Positions 50,472-63,300 of a stretch of DNA of 64,000 nucleotides are shown here, piece after piece. This DNA comes from Marsupella aquatica (taxonomy: Eukaryota > Plantae > Marchantiophyta). Location: the NCBI GenBank assembly GCA_973895155.1, contig OZ316892.1, positions 386,917-450,916 on the forward strand, given 5' to 3'. How positions within the stretch are numbered: position 1 is the stretch's first letter; each line of letters starts with the position of its first letter. The notes under the pieces are model-generated. The model saw only the letters and a list, made by a program, of their open reading frames with translations, did no database searches and was not told the DNA's origin. Both the position numbers and the translations under genes were made by a program.

Positions 50472-53358
50472 ATCCCATCAAGGCCATTCCAACCAGGGAT
50501 GACACCTGGAAAGGCTGGGCGGCAACCCTACCGGTGGAGGTGCAACTACATTTTGCACGGGAGGAGGATGCATGCTTTATGGCCATGCAGACCAAGAGAT
50601 ACCAAGGCTTCATGGCCGGATCCGGCTTGGAGGCCTTTGTAAGATTACCATGGCTGAAGCCGGAGGTACCGGAGTCAGACCTATTAGAATTTGTGGGGTC
50701 ATGGGAACCCGAGACCAATTGCATGAGGATATATGGGAAGGATTTCTATCTTACTCCCAAGGTAATTGCCGAAGTGTTTGGCCTACTGATAGGCAATAAG
50801 ACCAAAGTTGATACCAGGAAGACCTTGCCTGACAAGGAGTTCCGGTCGTTCCCCGGGCCATCAACGAAGAATGGCTTCTTCTGGAACACCTGCACCAACC
50901 CGCACATAGGAGAGATGATCGACTTCTTGCGGGTGACCATGCATTGTAACTTGCCGAGGGCAGAGATCGGCAAGGCACAGGTCTATCTGGCAGAAAGGCC
51001 AGACCCAAGCCGGGACTACAATGGGTACCTCCTCAACCAATTGAAGAAGATCTTAAAGTAGGAGCAGCAGGTAATCGGCATGGGGAGCGTGTCGCGGCTG
51101 GGCTATCACATGCCGCTGTTGTGCCGGTATGCCAGAGGTCAGACTTTTGCCCCGGTACTTCCCCTGCAGGTAAGGGCACCCGAGGAAGCTCCAACGCCGA
51201 GGCCGTTGGCTGAGAAGCCTCAACCACCTGTTAGTCCTACGATCGAGCAGGTGTTTAGGCCCAGGAAGGAAGACTTGCCGATGCAGCAACCAGGCATGCA
51301 GAGTCTGCTGAAACTACTGGAGAAAGAAAAGAAATCGGCATCGGCAACAACAACAGCAACGGCAACAATGCAGGACACTACTACAGAGGTAGGCCTACAC
51401 CGGCTCACAAGAGAAAACCCCTTTGCTGGAGACAAGGAGAGAATCAGGCCGGAATCCAAGCCAGGTGTTCGAATGTACGTGGGAACCTCAAGCTCCGAAT
51501 CTGAGGCAGAATTGCCTGAAGCTCCTACCGACGAAGAGGAGAGGGAGAAGCCGGACGTCCAAGAGGTAGAGGAGGCAGTGGAGGACTGCAGCCATGATAA
51601 TTCCGGCTATGGGTCGGACCATCACGTTCCAGGAGTAAGGACCTGTGGCTGGTTTGTCCCCACACTTCCAAGGGTAGTGCGAGGGGACCCCAACCAGCAG
51701 AGTAGCCCTGAGTCTCCCCCACCAGATGTTGCTCCCCCGAGCTTCGACGGCATAAAACAGACGGTGCAGGAATTTCAGGAGCGAATCAAGCAGGAGGAGG
51801 AGGCCGCCCTGGCTAAGGAAAAGGATTTACCAGGAGGAGATTGGCCGGAGGACATCAGGCGGCTAGCCAAAAAAGGAAGCAAACCTCTAGCCACGATTGA
51901 AGAGATCCGCAGGACGGCTTGGGAGCAGAGGCCGCGATGGGCGATGCCGATCACTTCTACTTACTCCACCTACGCTAAGAATAGAGCCATGGAGTATGGT
52001 GAGATGTGTGGGGAACTTGCGCTCGGCATCTTTGGAGAGGAGTTGGAAGTAGGACCCTTTTTCCATAGGGAGCAGTTGGAGAAGCACCAATTAGAAGAAG
52101 CGGTGGCTTTAGAGAGAAGCAAGAAGGACGAGGTCATTCGGCGGCTTAGGAGGATGGAACCCGAGATTGAAGATCTAAGGGCGGCCAAGAAAGCCCAAGA
52201 TGAACTGCGGATTAAACGACATGAGCTGAACATCATGCAGGGGCAGTTGGACACCGCGCAGGCTGATAATCAGAATATCAAGGATAAACTGACTCAGACG
52301 CAGGAAGAGTTGGCCGACACGATCAAAGAGAGGGAGAAGTGGAAGCAAGAGCTGAAGAATACAGAGGAGGCCCACATAACTGCCAACAGCCGGGCCATGG
52401 CGGAGACCCAAAGAAAGGAATGGGCGTTGAAAGGGGAGCTCGAGAAAATCCGCGGAGCCCTTGAGCAGAAGGAGGCCGAGTTAGGGAAATCCTATCAAGG
52501 GATTATGGCGCTGCAGCAGGAGCTTGCGTCCCTGACGGCCAGCTTCAAGGCCGACCTAAGGGAGAAGGACGAGATGCTCGAACAGACTTACGCCAAGATG
52601 AACCAGATGGAGTCTGTCATCATTGCAGAGCTCGACAAGGAGCTAAAAGCAACCCAGGAGGAGAGGACTACCTTGAAACAAGAACGGGAGGAAGCCCAGA
52701 AGGAACTAGAGGAGGCACGCAAGGACCTGGATGAGACCCAGGAGGAGTTGGAGGAAATCACGAGGAAGATGGAGAACCTCCAGCGGCGGGCCGACAACCA
52801 AACAGAGCGGCTGAAGAAACAAGCCGCAGTATTTAGGTGCTTGTCTTCATCAGGCCCAACTCCAATTGGGGCAACCAAGTTACCAGGAGTGGTACTGGCC
52901 GAAGAAAAAGCCGCGCCAACTGCACCAGTGTCGGAGGTAAGTGGGAAGGGGAAGGGACCAGCTGCCGAACCAGAAAAGAAGAAAAAACGGAAACCTTCAG
53001 GGTCAAGGAGTAATCCGACTCCACAAGCCGTGGTGACCAAAGAGGTAGAACCAGCACCATCCTCCGACATGAATACGGCAATAGATCCCGCTATGATCAC
53101 AGGTAGGGATGGTGCGGCCCAAGCCGAACTACTCAGTAAGGAGGCCAGTATTCCAGATCCGCCTCTTGAGCAGGCCGGGGAGACCGTAGCCGAGGCTGAG
53201 ATTCTCGAGCCGATGCCGACGCCGATGGTGGACCCAGTCAGGCCGATGGAGAGTTGACTCAGTCAAGGGCAGGTAATCTGTCAGGGAATGAGCCTACGGC
53301 AGTGGCTGAGGAGGAAGCGTTGGGGGCGTCCATTAAGGATCCACCACCGGTGTCGTGA
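50369..53358 (+). pseudogene. junction-fusion LTR protein copy with TAG at 51059-51061 and a 10-nt deletion near 53200
   Basis: 230-aa and 725-aa ORFs in the same frame. Confidence 0.8.
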
Positions 53359-54313
53359 CGGTGCAAGGGCGCCGTTCCTTTTAGGGAGGGCGGACGTGGA
53401 GGGAGGAGGCGTGAGTGGGCAGGGCGGGCGTGGAGGGAGGAGGCGTGAGTGGGCAGGGCGGGCAGGGCGGGCGCGGATCTCCATGTTTAGGATTAGGATC
53501 AGAACCAGGAGCGGCCCTGACACTTAGCTTAGTGGGATTGCGGTCCCACTGGTAGGAGCAACACTTGTGCTCCTGCCTTGCTGTACGTAGGTAGATTCGG
53601 GCAAGTAGATTACTGTTAAGTAGATTAGGCTTACGATGCAAAGAATGGCGGATCCACTACCAGGATAAGTACCTGGGCAGCGGGGAGCTCAGGGCCTCTT
53701 CTTTAGCAAGTTTTTAGTTTGCACCAGCCGGGCTGGGATCAAGTAGTACGAGAAGCTCTCGGTTAGTCATACAGTGACCCTTGTGTATATTCATGTTTCC
53801 TCATGCCTAAGAGCTGAATAGAGTTGGCCTCACGGCTTAGTTCGCAGAACTTGTGTATGAGATGTACTGTTTGTATGGCAAGTGCATGGTATGACTCAGT
53901 CAGAATGAGTCATTTTGCTATTTGTGTGTCGCATTAACTTGTGTGAAGAGTGCCCACATCAACAGAAGGAAGGAAAGTAAGCAGGGGAGTGAGAGTTGGA
54001 TGTGTCGAGCTGAGAGAGGTCTTAGCGGCTTAACCAAGCCTATTGGGGATCATTCCGGCGGCGGAATCCAAACATACCTAACAGGAAGACAGGGGAAGAC
54101 AAGGGAAGGCCTATATTAGGCCGGCTACGTATCTCATGACCCGATGAAGGATCTGTCCAGTATATGTGTGTAAAATGTTAATAGTAGTAGTAGAAGGTTA
54201 GCAGCGTCCCATGCCGCTAAGCCGCGGAAACGGCCTCGCCAAGCACGAAACCTGCGGGAATCGGCTTGAGCTGGGGGGTTTCTTGGGTTTAGGGAGCCAT
54301 GGGACGCACCACA
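50472..54313 (+). repeat. 5'-truncated LTR unit F (LTR position 852 to end), 3842 bp, type-B tail
   Basis: Starts ATCCCATCAAGG directly after CACCACA. Confidence 0.93.
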
Positions 54314-57200
54314 ATCCCATCAAGGCCATTCCAACCAGGGATGACACCTGGAAAGGCTGGGCGGCAACCCTACCGGTGGAGGTGCAACTACATTTTGCAC
54401 GGGAGGAGGATGCATGCTTTATGGCCATGCAGACCAAGAGATACCAAGGCTTCATGGCCGGATCCGGCTTGGAGGCCTTTGTAAGATTACCATGGCTGAA
54501 GCCGGAGGTACCGGAGTCAGACCTATTAGAATTTGTGGGGTCATGGGAACCCGAGACCAATTGCATGAGGATATATGGGAAGGATTTCTATCTTACTCCC
54601 AAGGTAATTGCCGAAGTGTTTGGCCTACTGATAGGCAATAAGACCAAAGTTGATACCAGGAAGACCTTGCCTGACAAGGAGTTCCGGTCGTTCCCCGGGC
54701 CATCAACGAAGAATGGCTTCTTCCGGAACACCTGCACCAACCCGCACATAGGAGAGATGATCGACTTCTTGCGGGTGACCATGCATTGTAACTTGCCGAG
54801 GGCAGAGATCGGCAAGGCACAGGTCTATCTGGCAGAAAGGCCAGACCCAAGCCGGGACTACAATGGGTACCTCCTCAACCAATTGAAGAAGATCTTAAAG
54901 TAGGAGCAGCAGGTAATCGGCATGGGGAGCGTGTCGCGGCTGGGCTATCACATGCCGCTGTTGTGCCGGTATGCCAGAGGTCAGACTTTTGCCCCGGTAC
55001 TTCCCCTGCAGGTAAGGGCACCCGAGGAAGCTCCAACGCCGAGGCCGTTGGCTGAGAAGCCTCAACCACCTGTTAGTCCTACGATCGAGCAGGTGTTTAG
55101 GCCCAGGAAGGAAGACTTGCCGATGCAGCAACCAGGCATGCAGAGTCTGCTGAAACTACTGGAGAAAGAAAAGAAATCGGCATCGGCAACAACAACAGCA
55201 ACGGCAACAATGCAGGACACTACTACAGAGGTAGGCCTACACCGGCTCACAAGAGAAAACCCCTTTGCTGGAGACAAGGAGAGAATCAGGCCGGAATCCA
55301 AGCCAGGTGTTCGAATGTACGTGGGAACCTCAAGCTCCGAATCTGAGGCAGAATTGCCTGAAGCTCCTACCGACGAAGAGGAGAGGGAGAAGCCGGACGT
55401 CCAAGAGGTAGAGGAGGCAGTGGAGGACTGCAGCCATGATAATTCCGGCTATGGGTCGGACCATCACGTTCCAGGAGTAAGGACCTGTGGCTGGTTTGTC
55501 CCCACACTTCCAAGGGTAGTGCAAGGGGACCCCAACCAGCAGAGTAGCCCTGAGTCTCCCCCACCAGATGTTGCTCCCCCGAGCTTCGACGGCATAAAAC
55601 AGACGGTGCAGGAATTTCAGGAGCGAATCAAGCAGGAGGAGGAGGCCGCCCTGGCTAAGGAAAAGGATTTACCAGGAGGAGATTGGCCGGAGGACATCAG
55701 GCGGCTAGCCAAAAAAGGAAGCAAACCTCTAGCCACGATTGAAGAGATCCGCAGGACGGCTTGGGAGCAGAGGCCGCGATGGGCGATGCCGATCACTTCT
55801 ACTTACTCCACCTACGCTAAGAATAGAGCCATGGAGTATGGTGAGATGTGTGGGGAACTTGCGCTCGGCATCTTTGGAGAGGAGTTGGAAGTAGGACCCT
55901 TTTTCCATAGGGAGCAGTTGGAGAAGCACCAATTAGAAGAAGCGGTGGCTTTAGAGAGAAGCAAGAAGGACGAGGTCATTCGGCGGCTTAGGAGGATGGA
56001 ACCCGAGATTGAAGATCTAAGGGCGGCCAAGAAAGCCCAAGATGAACTGCGGATTAAACGACATGAGCTGAACATCATGCAGGGGCAGTTGGACACCGCG
56101 CAGGCTGATAATCAGAATATCAAGGATAAACTGACTCAGACGCAGGAAGAGTTGGCCGACACGATCAAAGAGAGGGAGAAGTGGAAGCAAGAGCTGAAGA
56201 ATACAGAGGAGGCCCACATAACTGCCAACAGCCGGGCCATGGCGGAGACCCAAAGAAAGGAATGGGCGTTGAAAGGGGAGCTCGAGAAAATCCGCGGAGC
56301 CCTTGAGCAGAAGGAGGCCGAGTTAGGGAAATCCTATCAAGGGATTATGGCGCTGCAGCAGGAGCTTGCGTCCCTGACGGCCAGCTTCAAGGCCGACCTA
56401 AGGGAGAAGGACGAGATGCTCGAACAGACTTACGCCAAGATGAACCAGATGGAGTCTGTCATCATTGCAGAGCTCGACAAGGAGCTAAAAGCAACCCAGG
56501 AGGAGAGGACTACCTTGAAACAAGAACGGGAGGAAGCCCAGAAGGAACTAGAGGAGGCACGCAAGGACCTGGATGAGACCCAGGAGGAGTTGGAGGAAAT
56601 CACGAGGAAGATGGAGAACCTCCAGCGGCGGGCCGACAACCAAACAGAGCGGCTGAAGAAACAAGCCGCAGTATTTAGGTGCTTGTCTTCATCAGGCCCA
56701 ACTCCAATTGGGGCAACCAAGTTACCAGGAGTGGTACTGGCCGAAGAAAAAGCCGCGCCAACTGCACCAGTGTCGGAGGTAAGTGGGAAGGGGAAGGGAC
56801 CAGCTGCCGAACCAGAAAAGAAGAAAAAACGGAAACCTTCAGGGTCAAGGAGTAATCCGACTCCACAAGCCGTGGTGACCAAAGAGGTAGAACCAGCACC
56901 ATCCTCCGACATGAATACGGCAATAGATCCCGCTATGATCACAGGTAGGGATGGTGCGGCCCAAGCCGAACTACTCAGTAAGGAGGCCAGTATTCCAGAT
57001 CCGCCTCTTGAGCAGGCCGGGGAGACCGTAGCCGAGGCTGAGATTCTCGAGCCGATGCCGACGCCGATGGTGGACCCAGTCAGGCCGATGGAGAGTTGAC
57101 TCAGTCAAGGGCAGGTAATCTGTCAGGGAATGAGCCTACGGCAGTGGCTGAGGAGGAAGCGTTGGGGGCGTCCATTAAGGATCCACCACCGGTGTCGTGA
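54211..57200 (+). pseudogene. junction-fusion LTR protein copy with the same lesions as in unit F
   Basis: TAG at 54901-54903; 725-aa downstream ORF. Confidence 0.8.
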
Positions 57201-58155
57201 CGGTGCAAGGGCGCCGTTCCTTTTAGGGAGGGCGGACGTGGAGGGAGGAGGCGTGAGTGGGCAGGGCGGGCGTGGAGGGAGGAGGCGTGAGTGGGCAGGG
57301 CGGGCAGGGCGGGCGCGGATCTCCATGTTTAGGATTAGGATCAGAACCAGGAGCGGCCCTGACACTTAGCTTAGTGGGATTGCGGTCCCACTGGTAGGAG
57401 CAACACTTGTGCTCCTGCCTTGCTGTACGTAGGTAGATTCGGGCAAGTAGATTACTGTTAAGTAGATTAGGCTTACGATGCAAAGAATGGCGGATCCACT
57501 ACCAGGATAAGTACCTGGGCAGCGGGGAGCTCAGGGCCTCTTCTTTAGCAAGTTTTTAGTTTGCACCAGCCGGGCTGGGATCAAGTAGTACGAGAAGCTC
57601 TCGGTTAGTCATACAGTGACCCTTGTGTATATTCATGTTTCCTCATGCCTAAGAGCTGAATAGAGTTGGCCTCACGGCTTAGTTCGCAGAACTTGTGTAT
57701 GAGATGTACTGTTTGTATGGCAAGTGCATGGTATGACTCAGTCAGAATGAGTCATTTTGCTATTTGTGTGTCGCATTAACTTGTGTGAAGAGTGCCCACA
57801 TCAATAGAAGGAAGGAAAGTAAGCAGGGGAGTGAGAGTTGGATGTGTCGAGCTGAGAGAGGTCTTAGCGGCTTAACCAAGCCTATTGGGGATCATTCCGG
57901 CGGCGGAATCCAAACATACCTAACAGGAAGACAGGGGAAGACAGGGGAAGGCCTATATTAGGCCGGCTACGTATCTCATGACCTGATGAAGGATCTGTCC
58001 AGTATATGTGTGTAAAATGTTAATAGTAGTAGTAGAAGGTTAGCAGCGTCCCATGCCGCTAAGCCGCGGAAACGGCCTCGCCAAGCACGAAACCTGCGGG
58101 AATCGGCTTGAGCTGGGGGGTTTCTTGGGTTTAGGGAGCCATGGGACGCACCACA
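54314..58155 (+). repeat. 5'-truncated LTR unit G, 3842 bp, tandem copy of F; forms the array's right end
   Basis: Same ATCCC junction, same stop and deletion as F, a few SNPs; followed by TAGAG. Confidence 0.93.
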
Positions 58156-58877
58156 TAGAGAGAGAAGACTCCGGGCCTAATATATACTTATGTCTACCCG
58201 AATTTTACTGGGACATATGAGCTTTGGGATGCCATTGCAAAGCAGAATTTTGTAGCAGTGGAAGGAATCAACATAGATAGCAGTGGAAGGTTGCAGTGGA
58301 GCTAGCATGGTACAGGGAAGGAAATGCAGGCATTGTGCGAGAAAGTGCAATGGCTAGTTCTATGGGATTTCCTTCTCCAATCCATGACAGTGCTGACGAC
58401 ACGCACAACTGCTACAATCAGTGCGCGTCCAGGATGCTCCATCGCATCACGTCAGGGAACTCAACATTCTAGACATTCGAAAACTGCATTCACATTTCTC
58501 TGCAAAGGGAACTCAACATTGTAGACATTCAAAAACTGGTGCAAAACTCAGGCACTTAGAGAGAGAGGGACAGAGAGAGAGCGAGAAAGAGAGAGCAAAT
58601 AGTCTCTTAGCAATCGGAGCTTCTCTGTCATTGCCATAAGCATAGCAGACACTAAGCAACAGAACAAGAAGGCAACATTGGATTCATGGACTGACAGCAC
58701 ATTGGTAGCACATTGGCAAAAGCAAAGCAGAAATGCAGAATGAACAAATGGCCAGAAGGGGAAGAAGCACAAAATTGCACAACTGACCTTCTCGCACCTC
58801 AGCCCAAACTCGCTCCCACAGATATAAGTTCTCGCAACTCCTTGATGGAACCTCCTGTAGGTTCTCGCCGATCGCAA

Positions 58878-59050
58878 CTCCTCACCCACAGCTTCTTGCC
58901 GATTGTAGCTTGCTGCTGATTACAACTCGTCGCTGATTTGCAGCTCGTCCTCCGCTCCTCACCCGCAGCTTATTGCCGATTGTAGGTCATCCTCCGCTCC
59001 TCACCTGTAGCTTATTGCCGATTGCAGCTCATCCTCCGCTCCTCACCCGC
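58878..59050. repeat. degenerate ~42-bp tandem repeat
   Basis: CTCCTCACCCGCAGCTTATTGCCGATTGTAG.TCATCCTCCG-like units, ~4 copies. Confidence 0.7.
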
Positions 59051-59589
59051 AACAATGACAAATGTAAAGAAGCTATTGCCTTGACCCTGCGCAGGGCACT
59101 CCAAAGAAGCGCAGGGCATTCAAAAGAAAGTGTGGAAGCTCCCAAGTCCTACCGAGGTGCTCCGCCGACCGCGCGCAACAAGCTCAAAAACAATTGCAGC
59201 CTGAATGGCTTCGGGTCGGAGCTCCTCCTCTAAACCTTGCAAATGGTCACTAAAACAATGCCACGTCCAACGCTTCACTCAAACAATGCCTCACCCAATG
59301 CTTTGAAGGGTGTCGAAGCTTGGTGGAATGGAGCACAACGCTGCGCAACCCTAAGCCCTTGCAATGTGCACACAAAGGCATGCCAAGAAATGAGCACATC
59401 GAGCATTGCCCTCTCGATGTTTTTTCAGGAAAAAGGGCTCCTGTTGGTACGCAAGAACACTTAGTGGGAAAAACCTAATGCTGGACCCCTAAACCCCGTA
59501 AAGGTAAGGTATTCTGTTGGATGGGGATGGGGATGGTGGATATTGTGGGTCATTAATTAGGGTTATATTCTGACAATATCTCTCACATG

Positions 59590-59772
59590 TCTGGACCCCC
59601 CATAAGGCCCTAGGGAAGTTGAGACTAGGTTAATAACAATGTAAACCCCCCCCATAAGGCCCTAGGGAAATACCGACTATATAGGTTAATAACAAGGTCC
59701 GGACGCCCCCATAAGGCCCTAAGTAGGGAAGGCAAGGTTAATAACTCATAATGTCACGACCCCCCCATAAGG
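59590..59772. repeat. ~55-bp minisatellite, ~3.5 copies
   Basis: CCCCCATAAGGCCCTA...GGTTAATAAC recurs at ~59597, 59649, 59706 and 59762. Confidence 0.75.
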
Positions 59773-59840
59773 TCATGGCTGTTTGTGTAGGTGCCAACAA
59801 GAATGTTAAGGACCAATGTTATATATAAAAAATGATGCTA

Positions 59841-59904
59841 GCGATATAAAAGGTCCGATATATGCCCGCGATATAAAAGGTCCGATATATGCCCGCGATA
59901 TAAA
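59841..59904. repeat. 27-bp tandem repeat, ~2.3 copies
   Basis: GCGATATAAAAGGTCCGATATATGCCC repeated. Confidence 0.85.
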
Positions 59905-60329
59905 CCCATAACCCGCCCCTCATTTAAACAAATTAATCCTTCATGGGAGGTGAGGGTGTTGTGGATTACATTAGTGTAATTAACTATGTACCGGCCATGT
60001 TTTTGGGTGATAGGTTATGTCTACAAAAATATATGCATCCATGAACACCATTTTGGACTACCTTATTGTCTCACCATATGATAGTGATACTCATCCAAAT
60101 ATTAGCATTTAATAGCTCTCCACTCCTGACTCAATTGAGAGAAACCCTCATTCATGACTCAAGCACAATTATAGGGTCCCTTACATGCTACATGACCACT
60201 ACATATGAGGCTATGTTGTCTAAGAGTTTTTGAGAGCATTACACCAAAGCATTAATAAGTGAGCCTTCCCATGACTATATGACCTCCAATATGCCAACAT
60301 TAATGGCTTCCAATATGACAGCGTGAGTG

Positions 60330-63300
60330 ACCCCACGTTTAGTCCTCAGATTGAAGCACCATTTAATTCACAAATGACCCAATGAACTCCCTTGTACCTC
60401 CAAAGAGAACCCCCCAATAGCCTTTGTAAAGACCACATTTCCAGTCATTTGGTACTTCTGACCTCTAGTATGACAACCAAGATTACCCTAATTTGAGGTG
60501 TTTTCATTAATGACACACCATGAGGGACCTCTCTAATGACCACATATGCAGTCAATTGCTCCAAATGACCTCCAACTGACTACCAAAATGACCCTTATTG
60601 TAGTCATTGACATTAATGACACACATTATGTGAAAATGACCCAATGAAGAGTATACTACCTCTCGGAGTGCCCCTTTACAATTCCTTTGGAATTTAATAG
60701 AATATATCCAAAATCCAAATATCGGCACAAACATGACATAGTTATATAGAAGGACATAGTCTTCCACTAGTATTGCACTATATACCTCTTGGAGAGACAA
60801 AAACAATTTTTGTATGCATGCCTTAGGATGGTATGCATGCATGGTGACACTTTTGGCAAATCACTCCAAAGTTGTATGACTTGGGAGTGATTTCCCCAAG
60901 GTTGCATCATCCCTTAAGTAATTGCAAAAACATGGCTCCAAAGTGCTCATGGTGCAACTAGTGGTTGGAGAATAGTGGGTATAGTACCCCGCACCTTGTG
61001 GAGAGGTTGCCACCTTCATGTTAGAGCCCCATGGCACACTAGGGCCACCTTAAGCTCCTAGACCCAAAAGGATCATTTCTGATGGTCCATAATGACACCA
61101 TGAGGGATCTCTATAATGACCCCAATATGGAGTCATTTGACTTATGTGACAGCCCATATGACAGATTTAATGACCCTACTTGTAGTCATTGGTATTTATG
61201 ACACCAATTTTTTCAGAAATGACTCAATGAAGATTACACTACCTTCTTGAGTGCCCCATCACTATTCATTTGCAAAATAGAATATTCCCCATCCAAACAC
61301 CGGCACAAACATGACACAATTACATGGAAGGACAACAGCCTTGCACTACTTCTTGCAGAGACAAAAAAATGGCTTCATTTCCTTTAGATAGGATGGTATG
61401 CATCAATGGTGACACTTTTGGCAAATCACTCCAAAGTCGTACGACTTGGGAGTGATTTCCCCAAGATTATATCATCCCTTAAGTAAACACAAAAACATGG
61501 CTCCAAACTGCTAATGGTGCAACTAGTGGTTGGAGAATAGTAATTATAGTATTTGACACCTAGTGGAGGGATTGCGAGCTCTATGTGGTGCCACATGGCA
61601 CTCTAGGGCCCACCTCCAGCCCTTAGCTCCAAATTGGTCATTCATGCTTGTCTTCAATGACTGCACTAGAGACCCCTCAAATGACAACAAGTCCAGTCAT
61701 TTGAATTATATGACATCCCATATGACCAATTCAATGACCCTACTTGTGGTCATTGGCACTTATGACATGACTTTGTTAAAAAATGACCCAAAGAAGGTCC
61801 TAGTACCGCCAGAGAGAGCCCGCTCTACATTCCTTGCAAAAATGGAATAATCGTATACCCTTAAACATCAGACACATCATAGAGGGAAGCACCACTGCCA
61901 CACCCATTCCATTGGTGTTGCGCTACCTCTTGGAGAGACAAAAAAGGGCTTCATTTGCGTTTGGAACAGTGGTATGCATCCATGGTGACACTTTTGGCAA
62001 ATCACTCCAAAGTCATACAACTTGGGAGTGATTTCCCCAAAGGTGCATCATGCCTTAAGTAAACGCAAAAACATGTGTCCAAAGTGTTTATGTCGCAACT
62101 AGTGGTTGGACAATGATGAGTATAGTGTCCCGCGCGCAGTGGAGGGGTTCTCACCTCTATGTGGGGCCACATGGCACTCTAGGGCCCACCTCCAGCCCCT
62201 AGCCCCAAACTGGTCATTTGTGCTTTTCCTTAATGACTGCATAAGGGACCCCTCAAATGACCACAAATCCAGTCATTAGACTGATATGACTCTCCATATG
62301 ACAGTTTTAATGACCCTGCTTTTAGTCATTGATATTTATGACGGTCCATTGCTCACATATGACCCAATAAAGGCCCTAGTACCTCCAAAGAGAGCCCGCT
62401 TTAGATTCCTTGCAAGGTTGGAATATTCCTATACCCTAAACCCGCACCCACACCATACAGGGAAGCACGACTCCCCTGCCCATTCCATTGGTGCAGCACC
62501 ACCTCTTGGAGAACCCAAAAAAACTTTTATTTGCCTTTGGATGTGATGGTGTGCATGCATGGCAACACTTTAGGCAAATCACTCCAAAGTCATACGACTT
62601 GGGAGTGATTTCCCCAAAGGTGCATCATGCCTTAAGTAAACGCAAAAACATGTGTCCAAAGTGTTTATGTCGCAACTAGTGGTTGGACAATGATGAGTAT
62701 AGTGTCCCGCACCTAGTGAAGAGGTTCTCACCTCTATGTGGGGCCACATGGCACTCTAGGGCCCATCTCCAGCCCCTAGCCCCAAACTGGTCATTTTTGC
62801 TTTTCCTTAATGACTGCACAAGGGACCAGACAAATGACCACAAGTCCAGTCATTACACTTATATGACATCCCATATAACAGTTTTAATGACTCTACTTTT
62901 GGTCATTGGCATTTATGATGGGCCATTGCTCACATATGACCCAATAAAGGCCCTAGTACCTCCAAAGAGAGCCAGCTTTAGATTCCTTGCAAGGTTGGAA
63001 TATTCCTATACCCTAATCCTGCAGCCACACCATGCAGAGAAGCACGACTCCCCTGCCCATTCCATCCGTGCAGCACTACCTCTTGGAGAACCAAAAAACA
63101 GGTTTTATTTGCCTTTGGATGTGATGGTATACATCCATGGTTGCACTTTTGGCAAATCACTCCAAAGTTGTACGACTTGGGAGTGATTTCCCCAAAGGTG
63201 CATCATGCCTTAAGTAAACACAAAAACATGTGTCCAAAGTGTTTATGTCGCAACTAGTGGTTGGACAATGATGAGTATAGTGTCCCGCACGCAGTGGAGG

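Larger units (their letters stand above)
16335..58155 (+). mobile_element. nested/tandem array of a single Ty3/Gypsy LTR retrotransposon family (41.8 kb)
   Basis: Begins TGTGATGCC and ends GCACCACA; flanks CAGAG/TAGAG (5-bp TSD with one mismatch); all internal sequence belongs to the same family in the same orientation. Confidence 0.95.

Noticed and set aside
17887-57483. Many recurring 60-180 aa antisense and alternative-frame ORFs in each LTR unit
   Set aside because: They are shadows of the long sense ORF and recur only because the DNA is duplicated; no domain signal
21971-58155. Tandem units as pure assembly artefact
   Set aside because: Units differ by private SNPs and indels and show coherent TSD and recombination logic, although long-read confirmation is still advisable
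58171-58185. GGCCTAATATA in the flank, complementary to the LTR TATA palindrome, as a targeting signal
   Set aside because: A single 11-bp match not seen at the other insertion junctions; compatible with chance
59590-59904. Short repeats with variable spacers as a CRISPR-like array
   Set aside because: Eukaryotic context, degenerate repeats, spacers related to each other, no cas genes
60955-63262. ACTAGTG in each satellite unit as the CACTA right TIR
   Set aside because: Only 7 bp match; the expected TTTTCTACTAGTG plus TTG TSD is absent and the motif is internal to the repeat unit
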